A stretch of 64,000 bases of DNA, from positions 372,001-436,000 of the forward strand of contig CAUYUJ010000248.1 of assembly GCA_963575745.1 (NCBI GenBank), read 5' to 3'. The notes under the pieces were generated by a model. It saw only the letters and a program-made list of their open reading frames with translations. It ran no database searches and was not told the origin of the DNA. Source of the DNA: Prorocentrum cordatum (lineage: Eukaryota). The translations under genes were made by a program, and so were the position numbers. Below are positions 1-11,543 of this stretch, piece by piece (position 1 is the first letter of the stretch; each line of letters opens with the position of its first letter).

Positions 1-2
1 AC

Positions 3-248
3 CCTGCGGGCACTGCCGTGTTCAGGAAGATCGCAGTCATCTACTACTTGACGACGGATTGGAAAGAGGAGTACGGCGGTTGCTTGGTGGATAATGTCCT
101 GGACAACCCCAGGCTGCTGGTGCCCAAATTCAACTCCCTGGTCGCCTTCCTGGTGCCGCGCGAGCACTGGGTCACCGAGGTCCGCCCCGGCGCCCCGCTG
201 CGCTACACACTCTTCGGCTGGTTCACCAGGGGCGACCAAGGGGGGTGA
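3..248 (+). CDS. C-terminal part (5' partial exon) of a 2OG-Fe(II) dioxygenase, prolyl-hydroxylase/OGFOD1-like superfamily
   Basis: The frame is open from the window edge: RKIAVIYYLTTDWKEEYGGCL...LVPKFNSLVAFLVPREHWVTEV...RYTLFGWF. This matches the DSBH pattern 'YL..DW...GG.L...P.FN.L.F....H.V..V....R.s+.GWF' with the distal His and the 2OG-binding Arg. It may splice G|GC (232) to AG|G (689) onto a last exon at 690-784 rather than stop at 248. Confidence 0.75.
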   Translation, partial: PAGTAVFRKIAVIYYLTTDWKEEYGGCLVDNVLDNPRLLVPKFNSLVAFLVPREHWVTEVRPGAPLRYTLFGWFTRGDQGG

Positions 249-1244
249 TGGTTAGGGGTGGGATACCATGGCTTGGGCCATGATATCTCCCAGATTGCAT
301 GGCCCCCTCCCAGACATCCGGCCGCTCCCATTTTTTTCGATGCGTGGGGCCCTGGAGGTCCGGACCACTTCCCCAGGGCCAGCTCTTCGTCCTGTGTCAT
401 TTCCGGACGGTCCCGAGGCCCAGCGAGGACCCCCAGAGGCTGCAGACGGCCAAAAGCCAGCCGCTGCAACTCTCTCTGGCGCGTCGGGCCTCCGGGCTCT
501 TCTTCTTCTTCTTCTTCTTCTTCTTCTTCTTCTTCTTCGCGGCGCGTGCCCCGACCGACACTCGTCTGCGCACGTACCTCGGGCCATGGCTGGCGCCCCC
601 CCTCTCCTTGGGCACCCCCGAGGTTCAGCGACGGGGAGCCCTATCCGCCCGGCTGCCCCCCGCCCCTCGGCTCGGGCAACCAGGAGCAGGAGAGAAAGAC
701 ACAGGCGCAGGCCCAAGTGCGGTGGTGGCGTTCGTTAAGGAATGTGCACACGAGGCTCGAGACCCTGGAGGATTCCTGATCTGATGAGGGCGGCGGTGAT
801 ATCCGTGACCCATCAGCGATTGTGATTCCATTGGCTTCCAGACCCTGGATTCCTTATCCAACGGTTCCTTATCCAATACACTCGCCGTACATGCATGCAG
901 ATCTCCCAGGAAAAATGGGAAAACATAGAATCGGGCGTCGCGTAAGGAGGGGGCGATACATGATGGTGGGAAGAAAGGTGCACTTCGTCGGGCCCTGAAG
1001 GCCCCCTTTAGGGGCCCTACAGGGCTTCTTTTCTGCAGCCATCGCCCCCTATTTATCCCCCCCTTCACGCGGCGCCAAGTATAAAACTCATGCGATTTTT
1101 CCCAACCCTCCCTTGGTTGGGTTCTCGTTTTGAATAGAGCTTTGGGGTTCTTCTCCTTCTCTCCCCCTGCCTCCCTTTCGCCTGCCTGCACCTGCCGGGT
1201 GAGGGACCGCACAGTGGGGTCTCCTTCTCTCCGCTCGCATCCCT

Positions 1245-2250
1245 CTTGGGGGCAGCGAAGCGTGAAACTGTCGCCACTTTCGATGGCTGCTGGGGGAGCC
1301 CGCACAGTGCGGCCCCACGCAGACCCCAAAAAGACCTCGCCACCCCTGGGGGGCTGCGAAGTGTGAAATTGTCTCCACTTTCGAGGACTGCCTGCGGAGC
1401 CCGCACAGAGCGGCCCCACGCAGACACAAAAAAGACCTCGCCACCCCTGGGGGGCTGCAAAGTGTGAAATTGTCCCCACTTTCGAGGACTGCCTGCGGAG
1501 CCCGCACAGTGGGGCCCCACGCAGACCCAAAAAAGACCTCGCCATCCCTGGGGGGCTGCGAAGTGTGAAATTGTCCCCACTTTCGAGGGCTGATAGGGGA
1601 CGCCCGTACAGTGGGGCCACACGCAGATCCAAATGGTACTTCGCCATCCCTGGGGGGCTATATATGAAGAGTGAACGTGTCGCTACTTTTGAGGGCTGCT
1701 GGGGGAGCCCGCACAGTGGGGCCCCACGCAGAACCCCAGAAAGACCTCGCCATCCTTGGGGAGCTGCGAAGTGTGAAATTGCTCCACTTTCGAGGACTGC
1801 TGGGGGAGCGGGCACAGTGGAGCCACACACAGATCCAAACGGCACCTCGTCATCCTTGGGGACTTGGGGAGCTATGGGGAGCTGTGAAGAGTGAATAGGT
1901 TGCCACGTTTGAAGGCTGCTGGGGCGGCAGCAGGTGAGCCCTACGCAGAACCCCAGAAAGACCTCGCCATCCCTTGGGGGCTGCGAAGTGTGAATCTGTC
2001 GCCACGTTCGAGGGATGCTTGGGGCAAGCACGGTGGGGCCCTACGCAGATCCCCAAAAGACCTCGCCATCTCTGGGGGGGGCCGCGAAGTGTGAATATGT
2101 CGCCACTTTCGAGGGCTGCTGGGGGGGGGGCAGCATAGTGGGGTCCCACGCAGATCCAATAGGGGGTGGGGCTGCGAAGTGTAACAGTGTCGCCATTTTT
2201 GAGGGCTGCTTGGGGGGCCAGGGTGTGAAACTGTCGCCACTTTCGAGTCG
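1245..2250. repeat. ~101-bp tandem minisatellite, about 10-11 copies, degenerating rightwards
   Basis: The motif GAAGTGTGAAATTGTCCCCACTTTCGAGG recurs at about 1257, 1358, 1459, 1560, 1667, 1768, 1886, 1986, 2086, 2176 and 2222. The intervening sequence (GCCCGCACAGTGGGGCCCCACGCAGACCC...AAAGACCTCGCCATCCCTGGGGGGCTGC) is also repeated. Confidence 0.95.
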
Positions 2251-2995
2251 GCCACGCACATTTCGCACGATGTAGGCATCCGCCGTGCACCGTCTCTTGC
2301 AGCGTTGCTGTATCATCCCTTGGTGCCGATGGATTGGGCACGTCGCTGGGGAATTTTTAACAGGGGAATCCTGGAATATGAGTCTGCTTATTGTTCGTAT
2401 CTCCCTGGGCCCCTCTACAAGGTCTCCCCAACGCACAGCGGTCGAGGCCGAGTCGGGTGAAGTTCTGGGGTCGCGCTCCTTCTCCCTCCTCTCCTCCCCC
2501 CACCCCCGGGCGGCGACGGGGCAGCGACTGCGACAGCATAGCCGCCAGACCACCACACCAGCCCATTTCCTGGAAAAGAAGTAAGGACCCCTAAGTGCAG
2601 GCCCTGTTTGGGGAACATCGAAATTCCACCAGCTGTGCAAACATATTGGAAATCCTGGAGCCTGTGTCTATTTATATTCGCGCCCCCTTCTGGGCCCCTT
2701 TATCACGGGAGCTCCGCCCCGCGCAGCGGTCGAGGCCGAGTCGGGCGAAGTTTTGGGGTCGCGCTCCTTCTTCCCCTTCCCTCCCCCACGAAAGATATGC
2801 CAGGTGGCTGCCCAACAACCAAAAAAGGAGCACCCCGCCGCCAGCCTGCCACATGGCCCGCCGCCGACGCCGTCGCCGGGCGCGGCCGCCGCCTCGAAGC
2901 GGGCCTCGGACGCAGCGGCCGAGGCGGCAGAGGCCCTCGAGCGGTGCCTCAGTCACGCGCAGACGCGCAAAGGGGGGTGGGGGGGACCCGCTGCC

Positions 2996-3131
2996 ACTCC
3001 TCCCTCCTCCCTCCTCTCTCCTCCTTCTCCATCCTCCTCCCTCCTCACTCCTCACTCCTCACTCCTCACTCCTTCTCCTCCTCCTCCTCCTCCTCCTCCT
3101 CCTCCTCCTCCTCCTCCTCCTCCTCCTCCTC
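2996..3131 (+). repeat. (CCT)n / CTCCTCA polypyrimidine tract, left flank of LINE-A
   Basis: Direct reading. Confidence 0.95.
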
Positions 3132-3241
3132 CGGCCGCCGTCCCAGTTCGAGGGTCTTGGGTGCTACCAGGTAGCGGACGCTCACCTCCCGGACAGCTGC
3201 TATACGCGCTGCCCGCGCGCAACCCGCCATAGCGTTGCGCC

Positions 3242-4340
3242 GTGGCCGTGACAGCCCCCGCCGCCACGCAGGCCGAACTCTCGAGCCGGCGTGGCACAGG
3301 AGGGCCCGAGCGGAGCGATCTCGTGCTCGAGTCCTCCTCCGAGTGGAGGCAGCGCGACGTCTGCTACAACGGCAGCGCAGCCGACAGCGAGAAGTACCAA
3401 CATCATGAAGAAGTCCGCCGTCTCATGATCACCATCGGGACCGCCTTGGTCCTGTGGCACCTGTTCCAGCAAGAACAGGCACGAGCGTGTCGACTGTCGT
3501 CAGCGCGGCTCGCCTCAGCCAGGAGCCCCTCCCTGGCGCCGTACTCTTCGTCGATCAGGCAGCGCGCCGCCAGAGGGTGCCGGTGGCAAGGGCAAGGGCA
3601 AGTCAGCGCTGAAGGAGAAGGGTGTTTTGATGATCAGGGACAAGGAAAACAAGGACAATAATCCCGAGTCGAATGCGTCTGGTGGCTCTGCGGCTGCCAA
3701 GGACAAGAATCTCGAGCCGAAGACGCAAGATATGTGCGCCAGGGGCGACGAGAGGTCGGCCAAGGAGCTGTTGCACATACGCCCTTACCGCAAGTGGCAC
3801 GACAATGTCCTCGGCGGCGTGCTCCGCCTGAGACCCAGGCGACCGACAGCGAGGCGGAGTCTTACAAGGAACAGGTTTATGCACGGCTGGAGGCCTTGAA
3901 TACGATCATCCTCGGCAGGTGCGACGCTCGAGAGGAGTACGAAGATGCAGCGCTGGAGTTCGCGACGAAGTTGACCATGCTGTTCAGTGCCAGGGGCCTG
4001 AAGTCGCAGCTGGGCAAGCAGGAAGAAACTCGAGAGCTGGCAGGACGTCGCCTCCAGAAGTCAGAAGATGCGCTGGTCGAACTGCAGACCCAAGTGAAGC
4101 AAGCGGTCGTGGACGTCGATGTGGCGAAGCGCGACCTCGAACACATGAACCAGGTCACCACGGAGCTGAAGGCCCTGATCCAGGCGCCGAGACGGAGGCC
4201 AAGAAGCCACCAGAGGCGGCGCTGATTGCTGCTGTGCCTGCGGGCGGGGAGCCCGGGGCTGCCCGAGGGGCCTCGGCGGCGCACCGAGCGCAGATCGCGG
4301 CGATGGTGGCCCAGTTCCAGAGCATGACGGGCGTCGTCCA
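3242..4340 (+). pseudogene. LINE-A ORF1 remnant: RanBP2-type zinc finger(s) and coiled coil
   Basis: From 3447 it reads WSCGTCSSKNRHERVDCRQR, matching W-x-C-x2-C-x3-N-x6-C-x2-C with the last C mutated. It is followed by a heptad-like segment LKSQLGKQEETRELAGRRLQKSEDALVELQTQVKQAVVDVDVAKRDLEHMNQVTTELKALIQ. Confidence 0.55.
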
Positions 4341-5679
4341 CCAGCTTCAGATCCAGGCAGGAGGTGGCGTCAACGTGCCAGTCCCGCAACCTTGGGCAGG
4401 CTTCGTCAACCCAGAGGCCCTTTCAGGTGGAGACGGCTCAGCGGCCCAGGTGACAGCGGCAGCGACGGCTCCAGCGGCGGCAGCAGCGGCGCCCGCGGCG
4501 CCAGTTGCGTCAGGCACAGGCAAGCCCGCGGCCGATGCCCCCATTGAAGACCCCGCTGCCGCGACCCCCCGACAGCCTCGGGCCTTAAGCAGGCCCCCAA
4601 GAAGATCTCCGAGCAGAGCGCCCAGCCAAGAGCCCAGACGGGCTCGGCAGGTCCCCGGGGAGTCCAGTCGCAGGACGCATCGGTCTGCTTCTCGAAGCGC
4701 AGCTCGCGAGGTGGTGTCGGGAAAGACGCGGCGGCCGCCGCTCCTCTCGCGCGTCACGAGCCTCCTCATCGGTCCGATAAGGAAGCCGATGCGGCTTTGT
4801 TGCGGGGCAGCGGCCGCTCAAGTTTCGCAACTTTCTTTTCTTTCCTGCGCGAGAAGCCGTTGCACGGTTGCGACAGCAGCGGCCTTTCCAAGTTCACGCG
4901 TTTTGTGAGAGTTCTCTCGCAGAGTATTCTCATCCGGCAACCTCCGCGGTGCTGCAGCGACATGCCCATCTCCCCCCTCTCCTCTTCCCCCGCTCGTTCG
5001 TGTCTATGATGCTGGAACTGGCTGCGCTGAGAGGTCGGATATTCCATGATTTCCCGTTTCCGCCGTCGCGACTGTGCACGAGCATTTCGATGGTCCCAGT
5101 GCGTTGCGAGGTATTATATCTGATCTGGGCCCGGAGGGTCCGACGGGTCCCCCCCCTTCGCCATGCCACTCTGCTGCGGCGGAGATCATGGCAGCAGCGT
5201 GGGCGCCGGCATGGATTGATCAGGCCAATCTAAGCAATGTACTTGTCACCCTCCGGTTAGACTCTACTCGTACCCCTGGGGTATTGATGGGGTCGCAGAA
5301 TTTTGAAGTTTCCAATTATGGTTTCTTGTTTCCCCGGTCCATGGCGCAGTCTCCGTCAGTTTCGCGCCCAATAGATGGGGGGGCTCGCTCGCAGTCCCCA
5401 GGGGTTGGTTATAATGAGCTGGCCGACACCATCGCCCGTCTCATTGGCATGGGATTGATGCCTGGCATGGATGTCAGGCCGTTTGTCGAGCGGCTGTTTG
5501 ACTCGTCTGCTCTTGCTTGGGCTTGGCTCTATGTGGAGAGCACCGACAGCCTGCCGTGCATCGCGGGCTCTCACGTCTAAAGGGTCAAGGGGGGTCCCTC
5601 GGAGGGTTTCCAGGTGCAGGATGTAATCGGGGTCCAGCGCATCGCTGAAAACGCTGCCTCCCAGGACCTCAACAGCTGT

Positions 5680-8600
5680 AAGTTTGGAGTTGCCAATGTC
5701 CTGACCCTTCAAGGCAACGGCTAGTGCGTGGAGGGGCCCCGCGGGACCCGCGGGTCCGCCAGGTTCCCGCGGGTCATAGGCCTGAACTCCCCAGGGCGCA
5801 TCGCGCTTCTGGCCGAGCAGTTTTCTGCTGCTCGGTGCCACGTCCTCGGGGCGCCTGAAATTACGCCCCCGGCGGGCCTTCTCAGGCGCGCCGGGGGCGA
5901 CATCATGTATTATTCCAATTGCGCTGAGAAGGGCGCTGGCGGCGTGGCTATTCGGACCGACGCGGGGCCACCTGTCCAGGGCGCACGACCAGGCAAGCAG
6001 CATGTCTCTCAGCCCTATGCCGACCCGAGCAGGCTCATTCTGCGATTCTACGTGCCAGGCCTGCATTTGCTATTGGCAGCCGCCCACGCCCCCCACTCGG
6101 CACACAGGGAGCTTACGCCCGCTGAAGGATGGCGTCTCGATGCCCAGAAGATTGCGCGAGAGTATTTGGCCCCGGAAGTGCACCCGGCATTCATGCTCGA
6201 TGCGGGGGCGGAGGTGGGGCCCACGTCCTCTGCTCAGATAGGTGATGTGGAGGCTGCTGAAGAGGATTTCTCTGGAAAGTGATTGCGAGCGTTTTGCCGT
6301 CGCTTTCAGGTCGTGGCGAAGTCGACCTCCCTGCTCCTCCTGGGGGTGCACATCACACGCATGCGCATACGAATGGTAAGACATGCGAGCGATTGGACAA
6401 CGCGCTTGTGCCACATGATTGGCGTGGCAAAGTGACGTGCGCACAGGTAGATAGGTATGTTGATCTTGCTAATGCGGCAGAAGATCACAGTCCAACGTAT
6501 GTCATTGTGGGGTTTCCCTCGGATTCGCTCGACGTCTCGCAATATCGCTGGCCTCAGCTGCGCGCGCGAGCTGAATGGCTGCGAGGCCCTCAGGTGCGCG
6601 CTGCTTCTGATGCACATCGCGCGCGAGTGGATGGCCACCTCGCAGTTTTCGCACGTCTGCATCTTCTCCCTGACGACCCTCGCCGCCAGGACTGAGCGAG
6701 TGAAAGAACGCTTGAGCTGCTGGAGCTTCGGAGGTACCTGCGGGTCATACATCGCACGTGGGACTCGGCAGTCCCCATCGAGGCCTGCTTCAATTTGTGC
6801 TTCAGTCTTGGACTACGTTGGGACTCCAGGAGCATGAGGGTGTCTGGGGAGGCATCAAGATCCGCAGTGGGCCCAACCATCTCCGCGGTTTTCAACGGCG
6901 TCAACAGTTGTGGGGATGGTCGGAGAGTTTCACTCTCATGTTCAGGCCCTACAGAGAATTACGCGTCGCCGTTCTCCCGCTGCCCAGACTGATGCCCGAC
7001 TGATGGTATATCATGGTTATGTGCCCGGGCTTGGCTAGGGCCCCTCCTCATTCTGGTTTTGCTTTGCCTAAACCATCGGAAGTCCTGGGTGCACGTCACC
7101 GATGGCACGGTCTCACGCGGGGGCCACCTAGTAGCATGACGTTCTTGACCTCTCGGTTGATTCGTCGGCCGTGCGAGATGGATATGGCTGACAATATGAC
7201 CTAACTTCGGAGACAATCGCCAGCTCATTTCTTTTGAAGGAGTTTCGGCCGGCAGATGGCCAGCTTCGATCGCCGGGAGTGGGGTCGGCTACGAAGTGCC
7301 CCGCCAACCAGTCTGCTCAAGTGCTGCTGAGGGGTGGCCAGCCGGCTGCAAGGCCAACTGCAAGCGGAGAACGCCGTTTGGAACATTTCGTTGATCAGGA
7401 ATTGGCTTCCGAGTATATGCTTCCAGTCTTTCGCCATTTATCGGCGAGTCCCGCTGCGAGCAGGACTCGATTTACATGAGTGCTGCTAAGGATATACTTA
7501 CTCTGGCCATGTTCGAGCAGCAGATGCTGAAGACCTCGAGCACTCGCGCGAACGGCCTTGGTTGTGCCCCGGGAGCCCTTCTGAAGATGCGCCCGCAGAC
7601 CGAAGCTCGGCTATGCGACCCCCTGGTGTTGAAGTACATCATGTGTGTTCATGAACCACTCCAATGGAAAAGTTCGCGTTTGGCCGATTTGCACAAGGGA
7701 AGAGGTGCGCCCAACCAGTGCTCCAGCAGCAGGTATGTGGCCATAGGGCCCAAAGTCGACATGCGTGCTCATGCGCTCGGCGCCGGCAGGCTGCAACCAT
7801 TTCTCGATGGATGCGCGCCGGATTCAACGTGGAGGCATGCGCGGGCGCGGAGCAGATGTTGCTGTACACGCAGTGCGTTTGATGCGGTCTCGTACGCGAT
7901 CTGAATCGATGTCGACCTTATTCGTGGATCTCGAAGCGGCCTTTCACCACGCGATTCGCGAGTTACTTATCCGATCCGAGGGTGGGGAGGTGATCACCGA
8001 CGAACAGATTGCTCAGCTGCTGCATGCCACTGGCCTGCCACCGTCTTGCATGGAGCTACTAGCTGCCGAGCTTGCTCGGCCTCCGCTCTGAGAGGAACTG
8101 GAGGTTCCTATGCATCTGCGGCGCGTATTGGCTGAGACCTGATTGCGGGCGCGTGCCACTGCCTATCGGGTCAGGACATGCTGCTATTTTGACGACGGGG
8201 ACTAGGCCAGGCAATGGTCTTGCTGCCCAGCTGTTCCTGCTTAGTGTTTCTAGGTGTACTCGGCGGACCTGGGGCCGTCGCGAGGATGCTCGGCTACTTC
8301 AGAAGCTGGACGCCCCCTCGGCCAGGACCCTGGGCCCTCTTGCTCAGTGCGACGCCCAGGTCTCAACTAGCGACGGCAGCCTGTTCAATGCGCGGGGCCC
8401 TGGAGGCTCCATCATTCAGAAGACTCAGTGCTTCATGGCGATCGCTGCCCACATTTTCACCCATGCGGGCCGCAAGATCAACGCGGGCCCCGCCAAGACT
8501 GCCCTGCTTGTGACCTTCAGGGTGCCCGGGGCTGCCATGGCCCGCAAGAAGTCCTGGATCGAGGAGGAGGGGAAGGATGATTCCATCAACCTGCGCTATT

Positions 8601-9560
8601 TGCGCTACCTCAGCATACCTCAGCCTATCCATGCTCATAAGCGTTTGGGCGATCCATGCTTATAAGCATGAGGGAAGGGGTGGCTTCGGACAAGCAAGAT
8701 GCGACGCCCGAGCTGGCATATCGGGCTTCGTCGACGTCGTCGTCGCTGCAGGCTCTTCGACAGGTTGCACTCCCCAACTCCCAATTCGCCCTGCAGCACA
8801 AGCTGCAACTCGCGGGTGCGTTGATCATGTCAGGCAGGCTTTGCAGCGCGGCCACGCGGCCGCTGCTCTCCTCGACCCTGTATAGACGCTACAGGTTTGG
8901 CACTGTTCGGACGTTCCGCTCTTCCTTGGGCAAGCCCGCCTACGATGATGGAGCGGGCCCAGATCAGGCTGTCTTGGCGGCGGCTCAGACATGCGATGCG
9001 AAAATCATGCTAAGGTGGCACCGTTTGCGCTACCTCAGCCGATTGTGCCGCCATGCTCCTGGGGCTCTCTTGGAGCTTATCAGGGCCGCATCGGAGCCCA
9101 AGCACTCATGGTTCAACGCGGTTCTAGATGATCATCAATGGCTTCGTACTCGGGTATCTGAGCTACGTGAGTATCCTAGCCCTTCCTAGGAGTTCGGGCC
9201 GCGGGGAAAGGAGATACTAGGACGGGGACAACATTGGGCCAATCTATTCAAGTCGGGGATCGATGCTCATATTCGCCGGGCTTCTCGCGTGGAGGGCGCC
9301 GGGGGGCGGGCGCAGACTTTTTCCAGCATGCTGCGAGTATTGGTGCGCCACCAGACCTTTCTGAAACCGGCGTCTGTACCTGTCGTGCATCGCTGCCCGT
9401 TCTGCGATTTCGCCTCTCCCAAGCGTGCAGCTGCGAAGCAGCGCATTGCCAGGCTGCGCCACCAACAACGAGCGGCGGTTGCGAGGTATACTACTAGCAC
9501 TACGTGCCCTATCTGTTTGGTTCGGCTCAGCCCTGTAGAACTAACTGAGTATTGATCTCT
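5680..9560 (+). pseudogene. LINE-A ORF2 remnant: APE endonuclease and reverse transcriptase
   Basis: EN-like segments: ANVLTL, GRIALLAEQF, KGAGGVAI, AAAHAPHS, ERLDNALVP, EDHSP. RT-like segments: EPLQWKSSRLADLHKGRG, TLFVDLEAAF, GTRPGNGLAAQLF, KINAGPAKTALLV, HKRLG. These are followed by RLRYLSRL and CPFCD/CPIC. Confidence 0.75.
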
Positions 9561-9869
9561 TTGCCTATGGGAATCCGAACTGTTATAATTCGGCCCACTC
9601 CCACCTGGCCCCTGAGGCACTTGAAGTTCTGGAAGAAGCAAGGGCCTATGTGTCCGTGGCGAAACGGCAGGCCCGTAGGAAAGGGGCCATGAAGGGGAGC
9701 CTGGCCCCCCACCCATCGCGTTCCTGGTCCTCGGAGTGCACCCCAGCAAATTCAGCTGCCACACGTGGGCGCCCGGCAGGTCATCAGGTCTATGCATTAT
9801 CAATATGAGGATGTTCCGAAGCTCAGTTTTGAGGTCCAAGAGGCACCCAACGACTAGGCCCTCCTGAGT

Positions 9870-10880
9870 ACGCGCATCTTTTTGAATTTCTTAAGTATGA
9901 TGGTCCTGCAGCTGGCCGTTGCCCGCGGCCTTTCCAGCACGCACGCAGTGCTTGCGTTCTTGCAGATGCTCTCAGAAGCAAGGCGATCATGCGATGTGCA
10001 GGATGAGCTGGAACACGTCCTGATGACAGGGCCAGATACCATGATTGTTACATCGTGTGCCGCGGCATGCAATCCTGTGAACGGCGACTTGACTCGCGCG
10101 GACATCGTTTACAAGGGGGACCTGCTCCTGAGAACAGGTCGTACGATCGGCCTCATTGGAGGCCCTCGATGTGAGACGTGTTCTGCCGCGAGGTGGAAGG
10201 AGCTGAGAGTTGCTGATCGGTGCCGTTGACCTGCTTGTCTTCGGATTGTCAAACATATTCAAACAGGTGGGGTCGTCCAGATGTGAGCGCACGCCAACGT
10301 CAGCAGCTCTCCATTGGCCCTCAGCTCCTGCTCAGCCAGCACCAGTGGATGCTGACTTGCCTCGAGCTCTGAGCGCGAGCTCTGAAGGAACATCCAGAAG
10401 TTGCCCACTGGGAGAAGAGAGCACCAAGCTCGTGGCAGACTGCCACGTCATGTGCTCTGAGTGCGGCCGCTCCTTCCAGGGCTGTTTCGTTTGACCAATG
10501 TGTGTGTATGTTTGAGCAGATACTCAAGGCTCCGGCCACATTGTCGCGCATGAGGTTGGACTCCCTCGTCGAGGTAATCCAGAGCCCAGGAAGGAAAGCA
10601 AGGACGTTGTCCCCAACCTTACAACACCCACGCGACCCGCCTCGGCATTGACACCTCGACAGGAAAATGGAGAACGGCTCCCAAGTGAAGCTGCCCTCAG
10701 GAACTTTATGTTGCCATGGCTCGTGCAGCGTACCGGCGATGTGACAATGATGATCTAGATTCCAGTGGTCGTCCTGAAAAATTGAACTTGTTTTGTTGTT
10801 CAGGCTCTTGACCCCTACAGTATACTGACAGCGCTGTGGAGGAGAAGGCTGATATAGCCTTGGATTTTGTGGGATTCAGG
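9870..10880 (+). pseudogene. C5 cytosine-methyltransferase-like domain at the end of LINE-A ORF2 (decayed)
   Basis: FLQMLSEARRSCDVQDELE (degenerate motif I), GDLT, GLIGGPRCETCSAARW (motif IV GGPPC-like), and near 10660-10730 GKWRTAPK*SCPQELYVAMARA. The last parallels the 'T.RACPYPPALC.ELA' end of the 37674 domain. Confidence 0.6.
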
Positions 10881-11467
10881 ATGAAGGGACCCAGGGATGC
10901 CCGTTTTGATTGCCCTCGAGTCCCTTCCATTGCCCTTCCCGCGGGTCCTGTGGAGTTCCCGTCGGCTGTTCTGGATCCGTGGCCCGAGGAACCCGACCCC
11001 TGGCTTGAGGAGGAGTACTCGTGGGCTGAGGAGGGCATATTGAGGGCTCGCGAGGCTGCCAGGGACCCTTGGGTTTCCCACCTCCTCCTCGCCCTCCCCA
11101 CCCCCCCGCCCGCGCTGAGCTCACGGACGCTCTCTGGCGCCAGATCCAGGTGTGCAGAGGGCAGGCTCGGCGCCGTGGCGCTGCGCGACGGCCCCTCCCA
11201 CCTGAAGGACGCTTTTCTTTTGCTGCCTCTCCCCTCCCTGAGGTAGATAGGGAGAGGCAGGCCCAGGCCGTCCGAGAGCATGCCCTGCTCTGTGGCGCGG
11301 CTGTGCGGGGCTCGGGAGCTGCGGGGTAACGTGCTCCCTCGTCTGTCTCCTGTTCCCTCTTTTTCGTGCCTCATCTGTGCCCTTGCGTAGTGCTCGAGCA
11401 TGTTGCATGTTGTTCACATAGAAGTGGCTGTCAGTAAGCCCTCATTGGTCAGAATGGTCAAAATGGT

Positions 11468-11543
11468 CCTCCTACTCCTCCTCCTCCTCCTCCTCCTCCT
11501 CCTCCTCCTCCTCCTCCTCCTCCTCCTCCTCCTCCTCCTCCTC
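11468..11543 (+). repeat. (CCT)n tract between LINE-A and LINE-B
   Basis: Direct reading. Confidence 0.97.

Larger units (their letters stand above)
3132..11467 (+). mobile_element. Decayed, apparently full-length non-LTR retrotransposon (LINE-A): ORF1, plus ORF2 with APE endonuclease, RT, Zn finger and C-terminal DNMT-like domain
   Basis: Co-linear plus-strand remnants of ORF1, EN, RT, a CxxC finger and an MTase domain (see sub-features). Bounded on both sides by (CCT)n. Many stops and frameshifts. Confidence 0.75.

Noticed and set aside
625..2031. 468-aa minus-strand ORF
   Set aside because: It reads through the 101-bp repeat, changing frame each unit. The unit length is not a multiple of 3.
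1245..2250. CRISPR-like array
   Set aside because: The 'spacers' are themselves repeated, the unit is a plain tandem repeat, no cas genes are present, and the context is eukaryotic.
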